NCBI GenBank assembly: GCA_951406725.2
Contig: OX597821.1
Span: forward strand, 80,662,001 to 80,726,000
DNA: 64,000 nt
Reading direction: 5' to 3'
Origin: Octopus vulgaris
Taxonomy: Eukaryota
In this document: piece after piece, positions 28,595 to 42,040 of the stretch
How the letters are laid out: each line of letters begins with the position of its first letter
Position numbering within the stretch: the first letter of the stretch is position 1
Program-made: the position numbers and the translations under genes
The notes under the pieces: model-generated
What the model was told of the DNA's origin: nothing
Database searches by the model: none
Seen by the model: the letters and a program-made list of their open reading frames with translations, nothing else

Positions 28595-28928
28595 CGTGGC
28601 ACCAAGGGCAACCGTCTTCTACTCTAGCCTCGGGCCGACCAAAGCCTTGTGAGTGGATTTGGTAGACGGAAACTGAAAGAAGCCCGTCGTGTATATGTAT
28701 ATGTGTGTGTATGTGTGTCTGTGTATATGTTTGTGTGTCTGTGTTTGTTCCCCAACATCGCTTGACAACCGATGCTGGTGTCCCCGTAACTTAGCGGTTC
28801 GGCAAAAAGAGACCGATAGAATAAGTACTAGGCATACAAAGAATAAGTCCTGGGGTCGATTTGCTCGACTAAAGGCGGTGCTCCAGCATGGCCACAGTCA
28901 AATTACTGAAAAATTAAAAGATTAAAAG
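28595..28928 (+). mobile_element. family B SINE, 5'-truncated (another fragment at ~26700-26815)
   Basis: GCCTCGGGCCGACCAAAGCCTTGTGAGTGGATTTGGTAGACGG...GGTGCTCCAGCATGGCC. Confidence 0.85.
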
Positions 28929-29160
28929 ATATATATAAAGTTGGCCAAAAGTCACCTGACAGGGGATCAAATCCATTTAATTCCAAGATTTATTAATGTT
29001 TAACAACTGAATGAATTTAATAAAAACATCAAGATATGAAATTGTTCAAACTGAAGTCCTTCTTGAGCGACACATTTTTCCATTCGAGTCAAATCAGAAT
29101 TACTGATAGTATTTATGGAATTTTGATTTACTTTCGGGTAACTTTTAGCCAAACCTGTAA

Positions 29161-29206
<46 letters not shown>

Positions 29207-29512
29207 GTGTGTGTGTGTGTAATATTAGGGAGTATAACTCCAAACTTACAGGGAAAAATTGAATTTAGTATTAAATCAAATGTCAATATAAATATATAAA
29301 TTAGAAATTAGAAATAAAACCACTATTATGCAACTCAAACAGTGATAGACATAAACTAAAACATAAATAACAAATAGAAACGTACGTAGTTTTTTTCACT
29401 TATTATATTTTGATCATTCATTTTTATACTTTTTGAGATCTAGTTATATGTTTTATAAAAATGTATATTATTTGCTATTTATGTTTTGGTTTATGTCTAT
29501 CATTGTTTGAAG

Positions 29513-30056
29513 TTCCAGACACCCAGCTGAATACTTGACAGACACTGACTTTGCTGACGACATCGCTCTTATCAGTGATTCTCTCTCCAATGCCCAGTCT
29601 CTTTTACAATCTCTCGAACAAGCCTCAAATTGTGTAGGTCTTTACCTCAATGAGGCCAAGACTGAATATATAAACAAGTGCCTGTCCAACAGTGATTGCA
29701 TCATCCATACTCTCAACAATGCGCCCTTAAATATGGTTTCTGATTACAAATATCTTGGGTCATACATATCATCATCTGGAAAAGATTTTCTAACTAGAAA
29801 GGGTATGGCCTGGTCAGCGTGTAATGACATGCATAAGATCTGGTCATCAAATCTAAGTAGAGACTTCAAACTTGAAATCTTCAAAGCCACAGTCGAACCA
29901 GTTCTACTATATGGCTCAGAAACCTGGACGTTATCAAAGAAGCTTGAGAGGCGGTTGGATGGAACCTACACTCGCCTCCTTATGAGAGCTCAAAACCTCT
30001 CGTGGAAGCGTCATCCAACCAAAATGCAAATATATGGGAAACTACCACCTGTGTCA

Positions 30057-30060
<4 letters not shown>
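29513..30060 (+). pseudogene. RTE-clade non-LTR retrotransposon reverse transcriptase fragment (C-terminal part)
   Basis: TDTDFADDIAL (catalytic FADD), VGLYLNEAKTE, DYKYLGS, VEPVLLYGSETWTLSKKLERRLDGTYTRLLMRAQN; truncated at (TA)n. Confidence 0.9.
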
Positions 30061-30093
<33 letters not shown>

Positions 30094-30146
30094 TTGAGAT
30101 AGGGGTTTGATATTTGATTTGGATGTATTTCTCCATTTTCTTATTT

Positions 30147-30183
<37 letters not shown>

Positions 30184-30266
30184 GTGTGTATATATATACA
30201 TATATATATATTTGTATTTATGTATATGTATGTATGTATATATATATATATGTGTGTGTGTGTATT

Positions 30267-30356
<90 letters not shown>

Positions 30357-31839
30357 TCTCGTAGTCACACCAGTCGAACAGAATGTTTCACTGAGGAGGT
30401 TAAATAACAGTGAAATCTGGGCGCTACTTTCACTACTTAACTTTCAAGACCAAATCCACTCCAGCCAGTATTGTCTAGTTAGAGTTATCTACCTTCGTTG
30501 GTGTTTTTAGTTTCTGAACTTCCCATTAATATTCTGTAGTAATATAATTAATCTTAGTTTATCGAAGTATTCCAACTCGCTCACAATACTGCATATGTTA
30601 GACCCAACCATGTTTTTAATTAATAGATTTACAGATATCTTTACATTTGCGATGAAGGTGTTGGTGATGGTTGAAGTAGAGATGGGGGATCGCAGATACT
30701 AGGGTTGTAGATACTGTTGTTGGTATTGGTGTTGTCTTCTCCCTTGTTTTCTGTTACGATAGTGATATATACACACATCATACATTCATATGTGTGTGTG
30801 TGGCATTTCATCACGATGTTGTGGTTAGATCTGTGAAAATATTGTTTCTACACTTCGCACGTGTAAAGTACCGGGTGTATAGTGTAGGGTCATCACAGAT
30901 GATGTGCTTTGGTGAAGGCAGTGGAAGTTTATGGTTAGTGTGAGGTAATGAGCGATCTATGAATGCTCACCATCTGTTTACATGTCCGGCTTCCTTATCA
31001 AGCGACACTTGGAAGGAAGAAAAAATAAACAAATAAAGGAATAACAAAAATGAAATTCAGTGAGCTTGGTTTGTTAACGTTTCCTTTCTGTCTTTCATCC
31101 ATTCTTTATTTTATTCTGTCTTATTTTTCTTGGTTTTGTTGCTTCCAAAAGATAGCAGTCGAACGTGTTGTCTATTAGGATATCTGGAAAGTTCAATGAC
31201 AGAGTAAATAAATAAGAGTAGTGGAATGGTGGCCGAAAGAGATCTGGAGAAGTGATAAAGTCTTTATATTCTCACGTAACTTCGCCATAAATTGATCTGT
31301 CGGAATTTATCTTGTATTCTGATGACCTTTGTCCTTCTACTTCTTATTTGATTTATTGTTATTGTTGTTGTTGATTGCTGTTCTTAGTGTTTTTTGCTTC
31401 GAAAGGAGACGAACCCTTCTGTGTTGATTACTAAGCAAAATACTTTCTAATTTCTGCTTCTATAAGTGCAGTATGAATGAATGGTTGAAAAGTTCGCTTA
31501 GCAAACACGAGGTCCGGCGTTCGAGCTCACTCCGTGGCATCTTGGATAAATATATTGGCAATAACCATTTTTTATGGCCTCAGGTCGACCCATACTTCGG
31601 ATGCAAAACTGAATAGATGTAAGCTGTTTAGAAACCGATCGAATAAATCTTACCTGTATTTCAAACATACAATCGTCACACACATTGTGCCACGATGAGA
31701 ATTACGCATTAAGCGAATACGGGTCTGTGAAATATTCAGACAGTTACACCCTAATTCAATTCGCGAGTAATGAAGTTGATCGAATAATTGAGTCTCCGTC
31801 GTCGGAACCAACCGAAATCCATTTACATCTACATCGCCA

Positions 31840-32575
31840 TTGTGTGACTGAAGTGTAACAGTTGTAATGCTGTGTAACCTGACGTAGTGTAATTTAGTTT
31901 AGAGTAATTTTTGTGAAGTATCATTTTAATGTCATACAGGTATAGTATAGCATAGAATATTTTAGTGTGGTGTAGTTTGTTTAAACATATATTAAGTCTA
32001 GCGTAGTGACAATCTAATATATCTTTAGAACAGTGAAAGATATCGAGTGTACCTTTGTATAGTTTAGTGAAGTGTAGTTTGTTTAATATGTATTTAGTCG
32101 AGTATAGTTATCATCTAGTAGCTTAGTGTAGCTTAGTGTAACGTAGTCATATAGAATAGTGAAGTGCAGTATAATTTAATCTACATTTAGTTTAGTGTAG
32201 TTACAATGTAATATAGTTTAAGTGTATAGTTTAAAATTGTACAGTATAGTGTCATTTTGTGCAGTGACGACCTATGTTTTGTAACCGAGTAGTGTAGGAT
32301 AGTGAATATTATTGTACAGAAGTACTGTATTAGAAAAGTATATGGAAGCATATAGCACTAAAGGGTAGAATGATATAGTGCAGTGTAGCATATTGCCGTG
32401 GTACGTAATAGAGTATAGTGTTGTACTATGCAGAATGCTCTAGTATGATAGTATAACGTACTATAGCGAACGATGGAATGATGCAGCTATTGTATTGTAT
32501 AGTGAGTGGTAATGTGATACTGTATATAGTGCGATGTAGAGTGATATAGATCTGCTGTGTAATGTGGTATAGACA
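31840..32575. repeat. Highly degenerate pentanucleotide (TAGTG/TAGTA)n tract
   Basis: Recurrent TAGTG, TAGTA and GTGTAG motifs with ~5-nt spacing. Confidence 0.6.
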
Positions 32576-32593
32576 TTTTCAGAAGGGTATCTA

Positions 32594-33845
32594 TTGGGTT
32601 GGCAACTAAGTTCCCGCCGCTTTTTTAAATTTTGGAATTTATTGCGTTTTTAAATTTTGGAATCTATTATTTTTTTTCGGGAATTATATTTTTTAATCAT
32701 TTTGGAATCTTTTTTTTTTTCTAGCTAATTTTAGTTAATTTTTGTTTATTTTCAGATCATTAAAATCTAAAGTCATGTTTAGGAAAACGAGCATTTTCGA
32801 CACTTCTTTATTTTTGCTTTTAATCAAGATTCTAAGGCTGCAAAAGCTGCTCGCGACATTTGTGCTGTGTATGTAGAGGGTGCCATAGCTGAAAGAACCG
32901 CTCGTGATTGGTATGTCAAGTTCAAAAATGAAAATTTTCATCTCAAAGACACACCTCGTTCTGGCCGTCCAGTTGAGTTCGATGAAGAGCGATTAAACCA
33001 ACTTTTGCACGAAAATTCTCGTCAAACGACAAGGGAACTGGCAGAGAAAATGGAATGCTCCCACACTGCTATAGAAAAGAATCTTCACTCGATGGGAAAA
33101 GGTTCAGAAGTATGGGGCATGGGTTCCGCATGTTTTAAGTGACAACAACAAAAATCAACGAACCACAATCTCCGCTGGTTTGCTTGTTCGTCACCGCTCA
33201 ACTCATGGACACAAGCAACGATTTCTTACCGAATCGTTACTGGTGACGAAAAATGGTGCCTGTACATCATTATGAAGCAGTGTAAGGAATGGCTTAGCCC
33301 CGGTAAACAAGCGACACCGCGCGTGAAACAAGATCTTCATCCGCGTAAAACGACGATGTGCGTATGGTGGGACTGGGAAGGGATTATCTATTACGAATTG
33401 CTTGAACGGAACAAAACGGTCAAAGCGGAAGTCTATGTTCAACAGATGGTACGACTCAACATGGCTATTCAAGAAAAAAGACCTAATCAGCAGCAAGGAG
33501 TTCTTCTGCTGCACAACAACGCCCGCCCTCATATCGCCAATATGACCAAGGAAGCCATTCAAACGCATGGCTGGGAAGTGCTGCCACACCCGCCGTACTC
33601 TGCTGATTTGGCACCAATGGATTTCCACCTCTTTTGATCTCTTTCAAATGCTATGCGCGGAGTTTCGTTCAATACTGATGCAGAACTGAGAGCTTGGTTG
33701 GATCAATTTTCGAGTCGGAATCGGGTGATTTCTACCAACGAGGTATTGAAAATCTTGTTGAACGTTGGGAAGAAGTTGTAAACAACAAGAGTGAATACAT
33801 TATTGATTAATTAGTTGTTATTTTTTATTAAAGCTTTAAAATTTT
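32594..33845 (+). mobile_element. mariner transposon, decayed; right TIR not found
   Basis: TA|TTGGGTTGGCAACTAAGTTCCCGCCG left TIR; encloses transposase frames. Confidence 0.9.
32776..33810 (+). pseudogene. mariner transposase, frameshifted with premature stop
   Basis: DTPRSGRPVEFDEERL (HTH linker), RIVTGDEKW, HNNARPH, HPPYSADLAPMDFHLF*, C-terminal EYIID*. Confidence 0.92.
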
Positions 33846-33979
33846 CTTTTTTTTTTACTTATACTTGTTTCAGTCTTTGGAAAGTGGTCATGCAGGGGCA
33901 CTGCTTTGAAAAGTTTTTGTTGAAACAAATCAATCCCACCCCTAAGAATAAGTGGGCGAATTACATGAGATTATATATA

Positions 33980-34053
<74 letters not shown>

Positions 34054-34429
34054 TGTGTGTATGTGTGCGTGTGTTTGTGTGTATTATCGTATGATATAGT
34101 ATATCTTGCATATACAAATACGTGTACAATTGCTGCTGTTGTGCTTAAAGGTCCACGTAGATTATTACAGTCCAGTCTGCTTCCAGTATAGAGGTTAACC
34201 TGGTACTATACTTAGTAATATTACTAGTTGTAGCATAGAGAGGCAAACGCAGGAGAAATTACGATAAACACAATTTTATATCATTTGCTCCTACTTAAGT
34301 TTCACTATTGTGGTTGTTTGGGACTCTGTATTGGAAATGCAGTTTCATGCTTAACCCCCAATGGATCATCAGGGAACACTTTACTGCATTATATTGCAGA
34401 GGTCAAATGTCAAATGTCAAATGTCAAAC

Positions 34430-35185
34430 ATTGGTTAAGAAACTTGCTTTGCAATCATGTGCGGTTTCGAATTCGGTCTCAGAGCACGGTGTCCTAGACA
34501 AGCACCTTCTTTTGTAGCCCTTTGCCGACCACTGCCTTGTAAGTGAATTTGGTAGTCGGAAACAGTGGTAAAGCCCATCATATGTGTATGTGTGTGTGCG
34601 CGCGCGTATGTGTGTGTGTGTGTGTTTGTGCCTGTGTTGTCCCCCACCATCACCTCCACGTGAACCGATGCTGGTTTGTTTACGGTTCGGTAAAAATGAT
34701 CGATATAACAAGCCATCGTCGTCGCCGTCATGTATCGTACGCTTTTACATCGCATTGTTGACACAACAGCGAAAGTCTTCCCCATTAAGCGCGAGTTCTC
34801 ACCTCTTGATGGAGAAACTGGTGTGGTTCGCCATTGCCTTCCTCAAATGGATGGCCATTGGCCCACGAGAAGCTCATCCGGCCTTCGACAGTTCTTGTTT
34901 TTGGCCCTACTGATTCCTACTGTCCAGACGCCCTCCTCACAAGAGTACTAAGCTACTCAAGTGGTGGAGCCAGTTTAGTCGCCGACCACTCGACTATGGA
35001 ACAGGTAGTACTGGTATACATGGCACCAGTTGCAGCTCTCATCAGCCTGTGATGAGATCCCAGACCTGACTGACATAGAATAAGTACCAAACTTTAAAAA
35101 TGTAAGCACTGGGGTCAATTTATTCGATTAAAACCCTTCAAGGTGATGCCCCAGCATGGCCGCAGTCCTATGACTGCGGCCATGC
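34430..35185 (+). mobile_element. family B SINE interrupted by an antisense insert (~34715-35070) of possible RTE-related origin
   Basis: SINE halves at 34430-34705 and 35075-35185; insert contains (minus) GAGGAAGGCAATGGCGAACCAC, reminiscent of RTE/BovB-type terminal sequence. Confidence 0.5.
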
Positions 35186-35249
35186 TGGGCCACAGATTTT
35201 CTACCTGTGATAAAAAATAATTAGCATAATTGATAGTCAAAATAATTAA

Positions 35250-35920
35250 GGAGTGAGACAAAATGTCCAGAAATATTTACTTTCAGTTTTTCATGTTCTG
35301 AGTTTAAATACAGCCGAGTCAGCTTTGGCCTTCATCCTTTCAGGACCGATAAAATAAAGAACCAGTAATATAATGGGGTCAATAATCCCCTTTCCCGCAA
35401 AAAGCTAACCTTATGCTTGTATTGGTTTTAAATGTTGGCACAAAGCCAGCAATTTCGGAGATGGGGATAAGTCGATTAAATCGACCCCACCACTCAACTG
35501 TTATTTATTTTATCGACCCCGAAAGAATGAAAGGCAAAGTCGACCTCGACGGAGTTTTAAATCAGAACATACAGAACGTAGAAACGGACTAAATGCCGCT
35601 AAGCACTTTTCCCGGCATGCTAACGATCCTTCCGGTTCGCTGCCTTGCCTTATGCTTACATTAGAGACAATTGCTTTTGCTGTTTCTTTTCCTCTCAATT
35701 TGTCTTATTTTTCCATATTAGGGCGGCGAACTGGCAGAATTGTTACCGTATCGGACAAAAATGCTTAGCGACATTTCTTCCGGTTTTGTGTTCTAAGTTC
35801 AAATTCGGCCGAGGTTAACTTTGCTTTCATCCTTTTGAGGACGATAAAATATGTAACAATTGAGCACTGGAGTCGATGTAATCGACTAGCCCCTCCCTAC
35901 AAAATTTCGGGCCTTGTAAA
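35250..35920. mobile_element. Cluster of three family A SINEs (+, -, +)
   Basis: Family A core motifs at ~35300-35370 (+), 35435-35650 (-), 35720-35920 (+). Confidence 0.75.
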
Positions 35921-36510
35921 AAGGATTTCTCCTTATCTGCCTTCTAATAAATACAGCCTTGTGTTGGGAGAGTATAGTTATCGCCCTTATATTATCGGCC
36001 ATATCCAAAGGAGACCAAATGTATTCTTTCCAATTCTTTCTTCGTTAATAAACAGACCACAGCCATATGTATCCCTGATATGATATCCTTTGAAGTAGCT
36101 GTTGATTGCAATGAGGAAGAAGGCTGCAGTAAATCTTTGCTGTACAAAGTTCGAAAACGTGATTTTGATCCTAGTTCGCAGATAATAGTTCGCTCGATAA
36201 CTGAGGCCTGACATCCTTAGGAATGACGCTGAAATTACCAAAAAATTCCTACCTTCTGATCTACATTGTTTTAGTCTATATCTTGTTTTGTTTTATGACT
36301 ATCCTCAGAAGGAGCAGCACGAATATTCTGTTATCCATTAAATCTATAAATACTAGAATATATGAAGACAAACAGCAATTTTATGGCTGCTAGTAAATAG
36401 TTGAACACAGAAGCATCATGTCAAACTTTACCGTAATGATAATAAATGCACTCGTGAATGAAGATGGTCGTGTATCTGTGCATGTGTCCATGTAGATATA
36501 TAAATGTTTT

Positions 36511-36549
<39 letters not shown>

Positions 36550-36671
36550 AATACATATATATGCGTGTGTATTCACATATGTATATATTCACATATGTAT
36601 ATATGAATATATATATGTAAGCATATGTAAACGTATGGATGAATATTTCTATGTATATGTGTACGTGTGTT

Positions 36672-36749
<78 letters not shown>

Positions 36750-36769
36750 ACATATTATATATTATATAC

Positions 36770-36806
<37 letters not shown>

Positions 36807-36960
36807 TATATAGATATATATACCAATATATATAGGTTTTACCTCTCTCTATATATATATATATATATAATTTTAATCCAAACGGGAAACAAAAAAACAA
36901 CAACAATGGAACAATTACAGTATTATTATTAATAGGCGCTCAGGAAATGGAAGCAGGGAG

Positions 36961-36995
36961 GTATGACGTTTCGAGCGGAGCTCTTCGTCGGAAAC
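36961..36995 (-). ncRNA. Minimal Penelope-type hammerhead motif (U4C variant)
   Basis: GUUU-CCGACGA-A-GAGC(UCC)GCUC-GAAA-CG-UC-AUAC; ACGU palindromic mini stem III, GUC triplet. Confidence 0.55.
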
Positions 36996-37729
36996 ATAAA
37001 GAAGGAAGAGAGAGGAAAGAAAGATCCCAGAGCGGGCAACAGGGAAAGAGAAAAAAAAACCGACTGGTGTTTACGAGTTGCACATGGTGAAAGGCGGAAG
37101 TTTACGATAACAAGAGCAAAGTAGGTTTTTAAAGGCAAAAGAGTGGAGACAAGGTTGGTAACGCAACAGATGTGTGTGTATGTGTGAGTGTGTGCGTGTG
37201 CGTGTGTGTATGTGTGTGTGTGAGGCGAGATAAAAAAACAAAAAATATATGTGTGTGTTAGTGTGTGCGTCTGTGTGTAGGCGTGTGAGGTAGGGCGAGA
37301 CAGTGGTCAGCTTAGCAGACAAGGTCAGTAGTAAGAAAAAGAAGGAAGGAGGAAGGGAGGGAGGGGAAGGGGTGGGGGCGTATGTAGCGTACCAGCGTGT
37401 GTTGAGTAGTAGTGTGTGTGTGTGTCCAGTGTCGTGGTGGTATTAATGGCGAGTAGATTGAATGTGTGTAAGAGTAATGTATATATTTAAGCAATGTGTG
37501 TATATGTGTGCGCAGGTGTGTAACGAAAAAGGGGGGGGGTTAAGGAAAAAGGACTCCAGCTGAGGGGAAGATGGAAGAGTGGTCCCGCGGAGACGGGCGT
37601 GGGAAGACCCAACGACACGCGACGGTCCCAGGAACGGGCGGGAGGTCTCGTCGGGTCCAAGAGCGAGGTGCATGCGGCGCGTATGCGTGCGCGAACCGGC
37701 GCAAGCGCGTGTGTGCGCGCGCCTGCGAG

Positions 37730-38518
37730 TATGCGCGTAAGTATGTATGTGTGTGGATGTGTGTATGTCTGGGTGGCAGTGTGTCCGATGAATGTATGTG
37801 AGTATGTGTGTATGTATGTGTGTGCATAGATGTATGTCCGTGTGTGTGTGTGTGTGTATGTGTATGAGTGTGTATGTATGTACGTGTGGGTGTGGGGAAG
37901 TGTGTGCGCGTACATACAGGTGTGTGAGTGAGTGCGTGTGTGTGTATGTATGTGTGAGTGTGTATGTATGTGTGTGTAGGATGCATGTATGTGTATGGGT
38001 GTATGTATGTGTGTGTGCATGCGTGCATGCATGTGCGTATGTGTGTGTGTGTGCATGTGTGTGGGTATATATGTATGTGCGTATATGTGTGTGTATGTGC
38101 GTACATGTGTGTGTGTATGCATGTGTGTGTATGTAGGTGTGTATAGGTGTATGTATGTAAGTATGTATGGGTGTCTCCGTGTATGTGTGTGTATGTGTAT
38201 GTATGTAGGTGTGTGGGCGTGTGTATATGTGTGTGTATGTAGGTGTGTGGGCGTGTGTATATAGGTGTATGTGTGTATGTCTGGGTGTGTCCGTGCATGT
38301 TTGTGTGTGTGTGTGTATGCATGTGTATGTAGGTGTGTGTGTACGTGTGTAATGTATGTGTATATGCGTGTGTATGCGTGCGTGTGTGTATGTAGGTGCG
38401 TGTGTATGTGTGTGGGAGTGTAGGTGTGTGTGTGCGTGTGCGTGTTTATGTTGGTGTGTGCGTATGTGAGTGTGAGTGTATGGGTGTTTGTCATGCATGT
38501 GTGTGCGCGTGCAGGTGA

Positions 38519-38530
<12 letters not shown>
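37730..38530. repeat. Degenerate (GT)n/(GTAT)n low-complexity tract
   Basis: Directly visible; source of the His/Thr-rich spurious ORFs. Confidence 0.9.
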
Positions 38531-38564
<34 letters not shown>

Positions 38565-39168
38565 CCTGGCTTTCTCTTCATCCTCACCTTCCCTCCTCTT
38601 TCACTTCACTTTGTCCCTTTTCTTTTTTCTCGTCCCACCCTAATTCTTCTATCCCTCTGCCTCTACCTCTCTCCTCTCTCTTCTCTCTCCACGTGACCGG
38701 TGTTCGGCCAAGCCTGACCTTTCTTTTTTGGTTCGACTACCATCTACATTGCTCCCTATGCCTGTCATCTACGTCTCTGCCGCAAGGCTTCACTTCTACA
38801 CACACCAGCTTAATTTAATTCGTTCTTGGTCGAAAGACATCTGTTGTTAATGTCCTTTATTTGCATTTGTATTTGTGTATCATTTCTCCGTTTTTTTCCG
38901 TCCTTGTTTTCGTATACATTCGCTGCTTTATTCCAAGGAATCTAGTGCTCTTAGCTTAGTTTTTCTTTTGGGGCTGGCCAGATTGGAACAATCTCGAGTA
39001 TAACCAGCCGAATTGCAAAGATAATCTGGAACTCGACTGAAGAAAGAAAACTCCGAATGATCCATCCTTGTTTTTTTGTATCGTCTGTCTGGATGTTTTG
39101 TTGTCCCTTTTTTGTATCATCTAACTGTGTGGATGTTTTGCGTTTTTGTCCCATTTTTGGTATTCCTT

Positions 39169-39199
<31 letters not shown>

Positions 39200-39338
39200 T
39201 TTTTAAAAAGCGTGTAGCAAATAAACAAACGAACATATACTGAATACACAGGCGAGCAGAAAGCACAGAAGGTCACCAACTCCTCATCAGTTATCAGCCA
39301 GAGAGGTCGAACGCAATTTCTACTAATGGGTAAAAATC

Positions 39339-39418
<80 letters not shown>

Positions 39419-39440
39419 TGCAGGAGTGGCTGTGTGCTAA

Positions 39441-41115
39441 ATCTCCTCAGCAGAATCAATGACTATAACAACACTTGTGACCTGACAGGATGTATGGTGG
39501 GTGGCATGGATGTGTTATCCCTATACCCATCGATCGACGTAGATTTTGCGGTGGAGAAGTGCGTGGAGATGATCAACGAGAGCCAGGTGGAGTTCCGTAA
39601 TGTCAACACAGAGGAACTGGGCCTCCTACTTAGACTGACTTATGACAACGAATACCTAGATAAACATAATCTTAGTAGTTTCTGCCCCAGTAGACGTTTA
39701 AGAGGTAGACCACCCACAATTACTTCTATGGCTTGGAAGACACATATAGAAAGATGGCGCGGATGGACCAGAGCCATACGGAGCCCCGCAAATGTCCATC
39801 AGGTAAAGAAAATGATCGCACGTGCACTAGGAGCTAGTATAAGAGTTACCCTAAAAGGCCACACGTTTAAGTTTAGCAATAAAATATATGCCCAGGACGA
39901 GGGGGCAGCCATCGGCGTTAGTATCGCTGGTGATGTGACCAACCTTTTCATGGTATTGTGGGACAGAAGGCTTAAAGAACGCCTAACACAGAACTCCATA
40001 CTCGTAAACATGTACTCCCGCAATGTTGATGATATCAACATAGTGGTAAAGGCACCACCACAAGAGAGTACTGTTGATATAGTAATAGAAACTAATACTA
40101 TGGAGAGCATCCAGCAAATAGCTAACTCCATCCACCAGAGTATTAAGGTCACAATAGACTACCCCACTAAACACCCCAACCATAGACTACCAGTACTAGA
40201 CACTGAACTCTGGCTAGAAATTGTGAATAATAAAACCCAAATCCTTCATTCGTACTATGCCAAACCTACGGCCTCAAAATACTTGATCCACCGGAACTCA
40301 GCCATTGCGGACAATGCCAAATTCAATATTTTGATGGCAGACCTCGTCAGAATAATGAGAAATGTGTCACGCATGTGCGAGCCTACAGAGTTAAAGAGAT
40401 ACATACAATATTTCATTCACCGCATGCAGTTCTCAGGTTACAGCCATAAAGAAAGGATCAGAGAATACAAAGGAGCCATGAAGAAATTTGCTACTATCTT
40501 ATGTAATGATAGGAATGGGATTTGCCCACTCTATAGGAACAAGTCATGGAACACTATAGAAAGGACAAAAAAGAAAATAGGGAAGGCCTACTCTTGGTAT
40601 GATAGCCATAAATACCAGAGTGTCATGTTCGTTGACACCACCCCTGGAGGTGAACTGGCGTACCGCTAGAGAAACTTAAGCTAAGGATTAAGGTTGTTGA
40701 AAAGCCAGGCAACCCTATCAAATCTATAATTGGTAGAACCTATCCTTTTAGTAGAACCCCCTGTACGGATAAGTACTGTACTGTATGTAGATTTAGCCCA
40801 CAAACAAACTGTAAAGCCAGAAATGTAGTCCATAGTATAAGATGTATAGAGGGACAATGCAGTAACAAGACAACGACATACGTAGGGGAAACGGCAAGAA
40901 GCATAGGAGAGCGGGTAAATGTACATTGGAGACAACTCAAGGAAGGTAAAAGCTCATCGATTCTGTACCAACACGCCGAACAGGAACACGGGGTATCAAT
41001 CAACAACATAGAAATTAAAATATTGTCCACACATAGAACAGATGCAACAATCAGACAAATTACAGAAGCTACACACATAATAGAAAACTATTATGTGTGA
41101 ATAGGAAACTAGAAT
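39441..41115 (+). pseudogene. Penelope-like element: reverse transcriptase + Cys-rich linker + GIY-YIG endonuclease, 5'-truncated, disrupted near 40669
   Basis: RT motifs GMDVLSLYPSI, QDEGAAIG, YSRNVDD, RLPVLD, YYAKPT; a downstream frame read by eye gives PCTDKYCTVC...CKARNVVHSIRC...YVGETARSIGERVNVH...ILYQH...RQITEA (GIY-YIG). Confidence 0.92.
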
Positions 41116-41576
41116 GGAACACTAGCACACACCACAACATATGACGGTAGAGGATCCCGAAAACATAATAAATACACAGAGAAATAAACAAATAGAAATA
41201 AATAACTATATAAGTTTTTTTTATCTATTATTATTATTACTAGTATTGTTGTTATACATACATACATACATACATACATACATACATACATACATACATA
41301 CATACATACATACAAGCATATGTAATGATAATAATAAGTGGATGTAAACACATGAACAAAATAAGAATAAACAAAAACAACAACAACAAAAACAAATTAC
41401 ATGAACGTATATAAACAGAAGATACAAATATTACAGGCATCCCCCACACACACACACACTAAATAAACATAGACGCACATAGAGATATAAGCATGCGCAA
41501 ATGAAGACATACAATAGAAATACAAAATGGCTGACGGTTAGTAAAGAGAGACACAAATAAGAAAGAAGAAATCAAA

Positions 41577-41621
41577 GGACCACTGATGCGGTCACAGGAG
41601 TGTGACGAAAGAACTCTGGCC
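41577..41621 (+). ncRNA. Degenerate type-I hammerhead in the 3' region (pLTR) of the Penelope element
   Basis: GGACCA-CUGAUGC-G-GUCACA(GGAG)UGUGAC-GAAA-GAAC-UC-UGGCC; A9C change in the core, and stem III is one change from palindromic AGUACU. Confidence 0.6.
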
Positions 41622-41739
41622 GAAATAAGATTAAGATTAATGTAAAAAATAAATAACACTGAAGCAAAATAACACCAAATATATAGTGCGTGTGTTTTTA
41701 TTGGCTAAACTGGCAAAATGACCATTCCGAAATATAACA

Positions 41740-41840
<101 letters not shown>

Positions 41841-41844
41841 TGTG

Positions 41845-42040
41845 TGTGTTTGTCCACCCACCATTGCTTGAAAACTGATGTTTGTGTGTTTACGTCCCCG
41901 TAACTTAGCAGGTCGCGCAAAAGGATCGATTGAATGAGTACTAGGCTTACAAAGAATAAGCTACGTGGGTGGGATCTTTTCAACTAATGACGCTGCTCCA
42001 GCATGGCCGCCGTCAAATGACTGAAGCAAGTAGAAGAAAA
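41845..42040 (+). mobile_element. family B SINE 3' part (another at ~51230-51350)
   Basis: GTTTACGTCCCCGTAACTTAGC...GCTCCAGCATGGCCGC. Confidence 0.75.

Noticed and set aside
29330-29510. Short inverted repeat with GAAA-CGTACG-TA as a hammerhead half
   Set aside because: The ~45-bp inverted arms are real, but there is no CUGANGA core or stem II upstream; too degenerate to call.
35980-36210. ~75-codon stop-free plus-strand frame (ETKCILSNSFF...)
   Set aside because: No convincing splice sites or recognisable domain; compatible with chance.
39260-39330. CTGATGAGGAG on the minus strand as a hammerhead
   Set aside because: No GAAA follows a closable stem II, and I could not build stems I and III.
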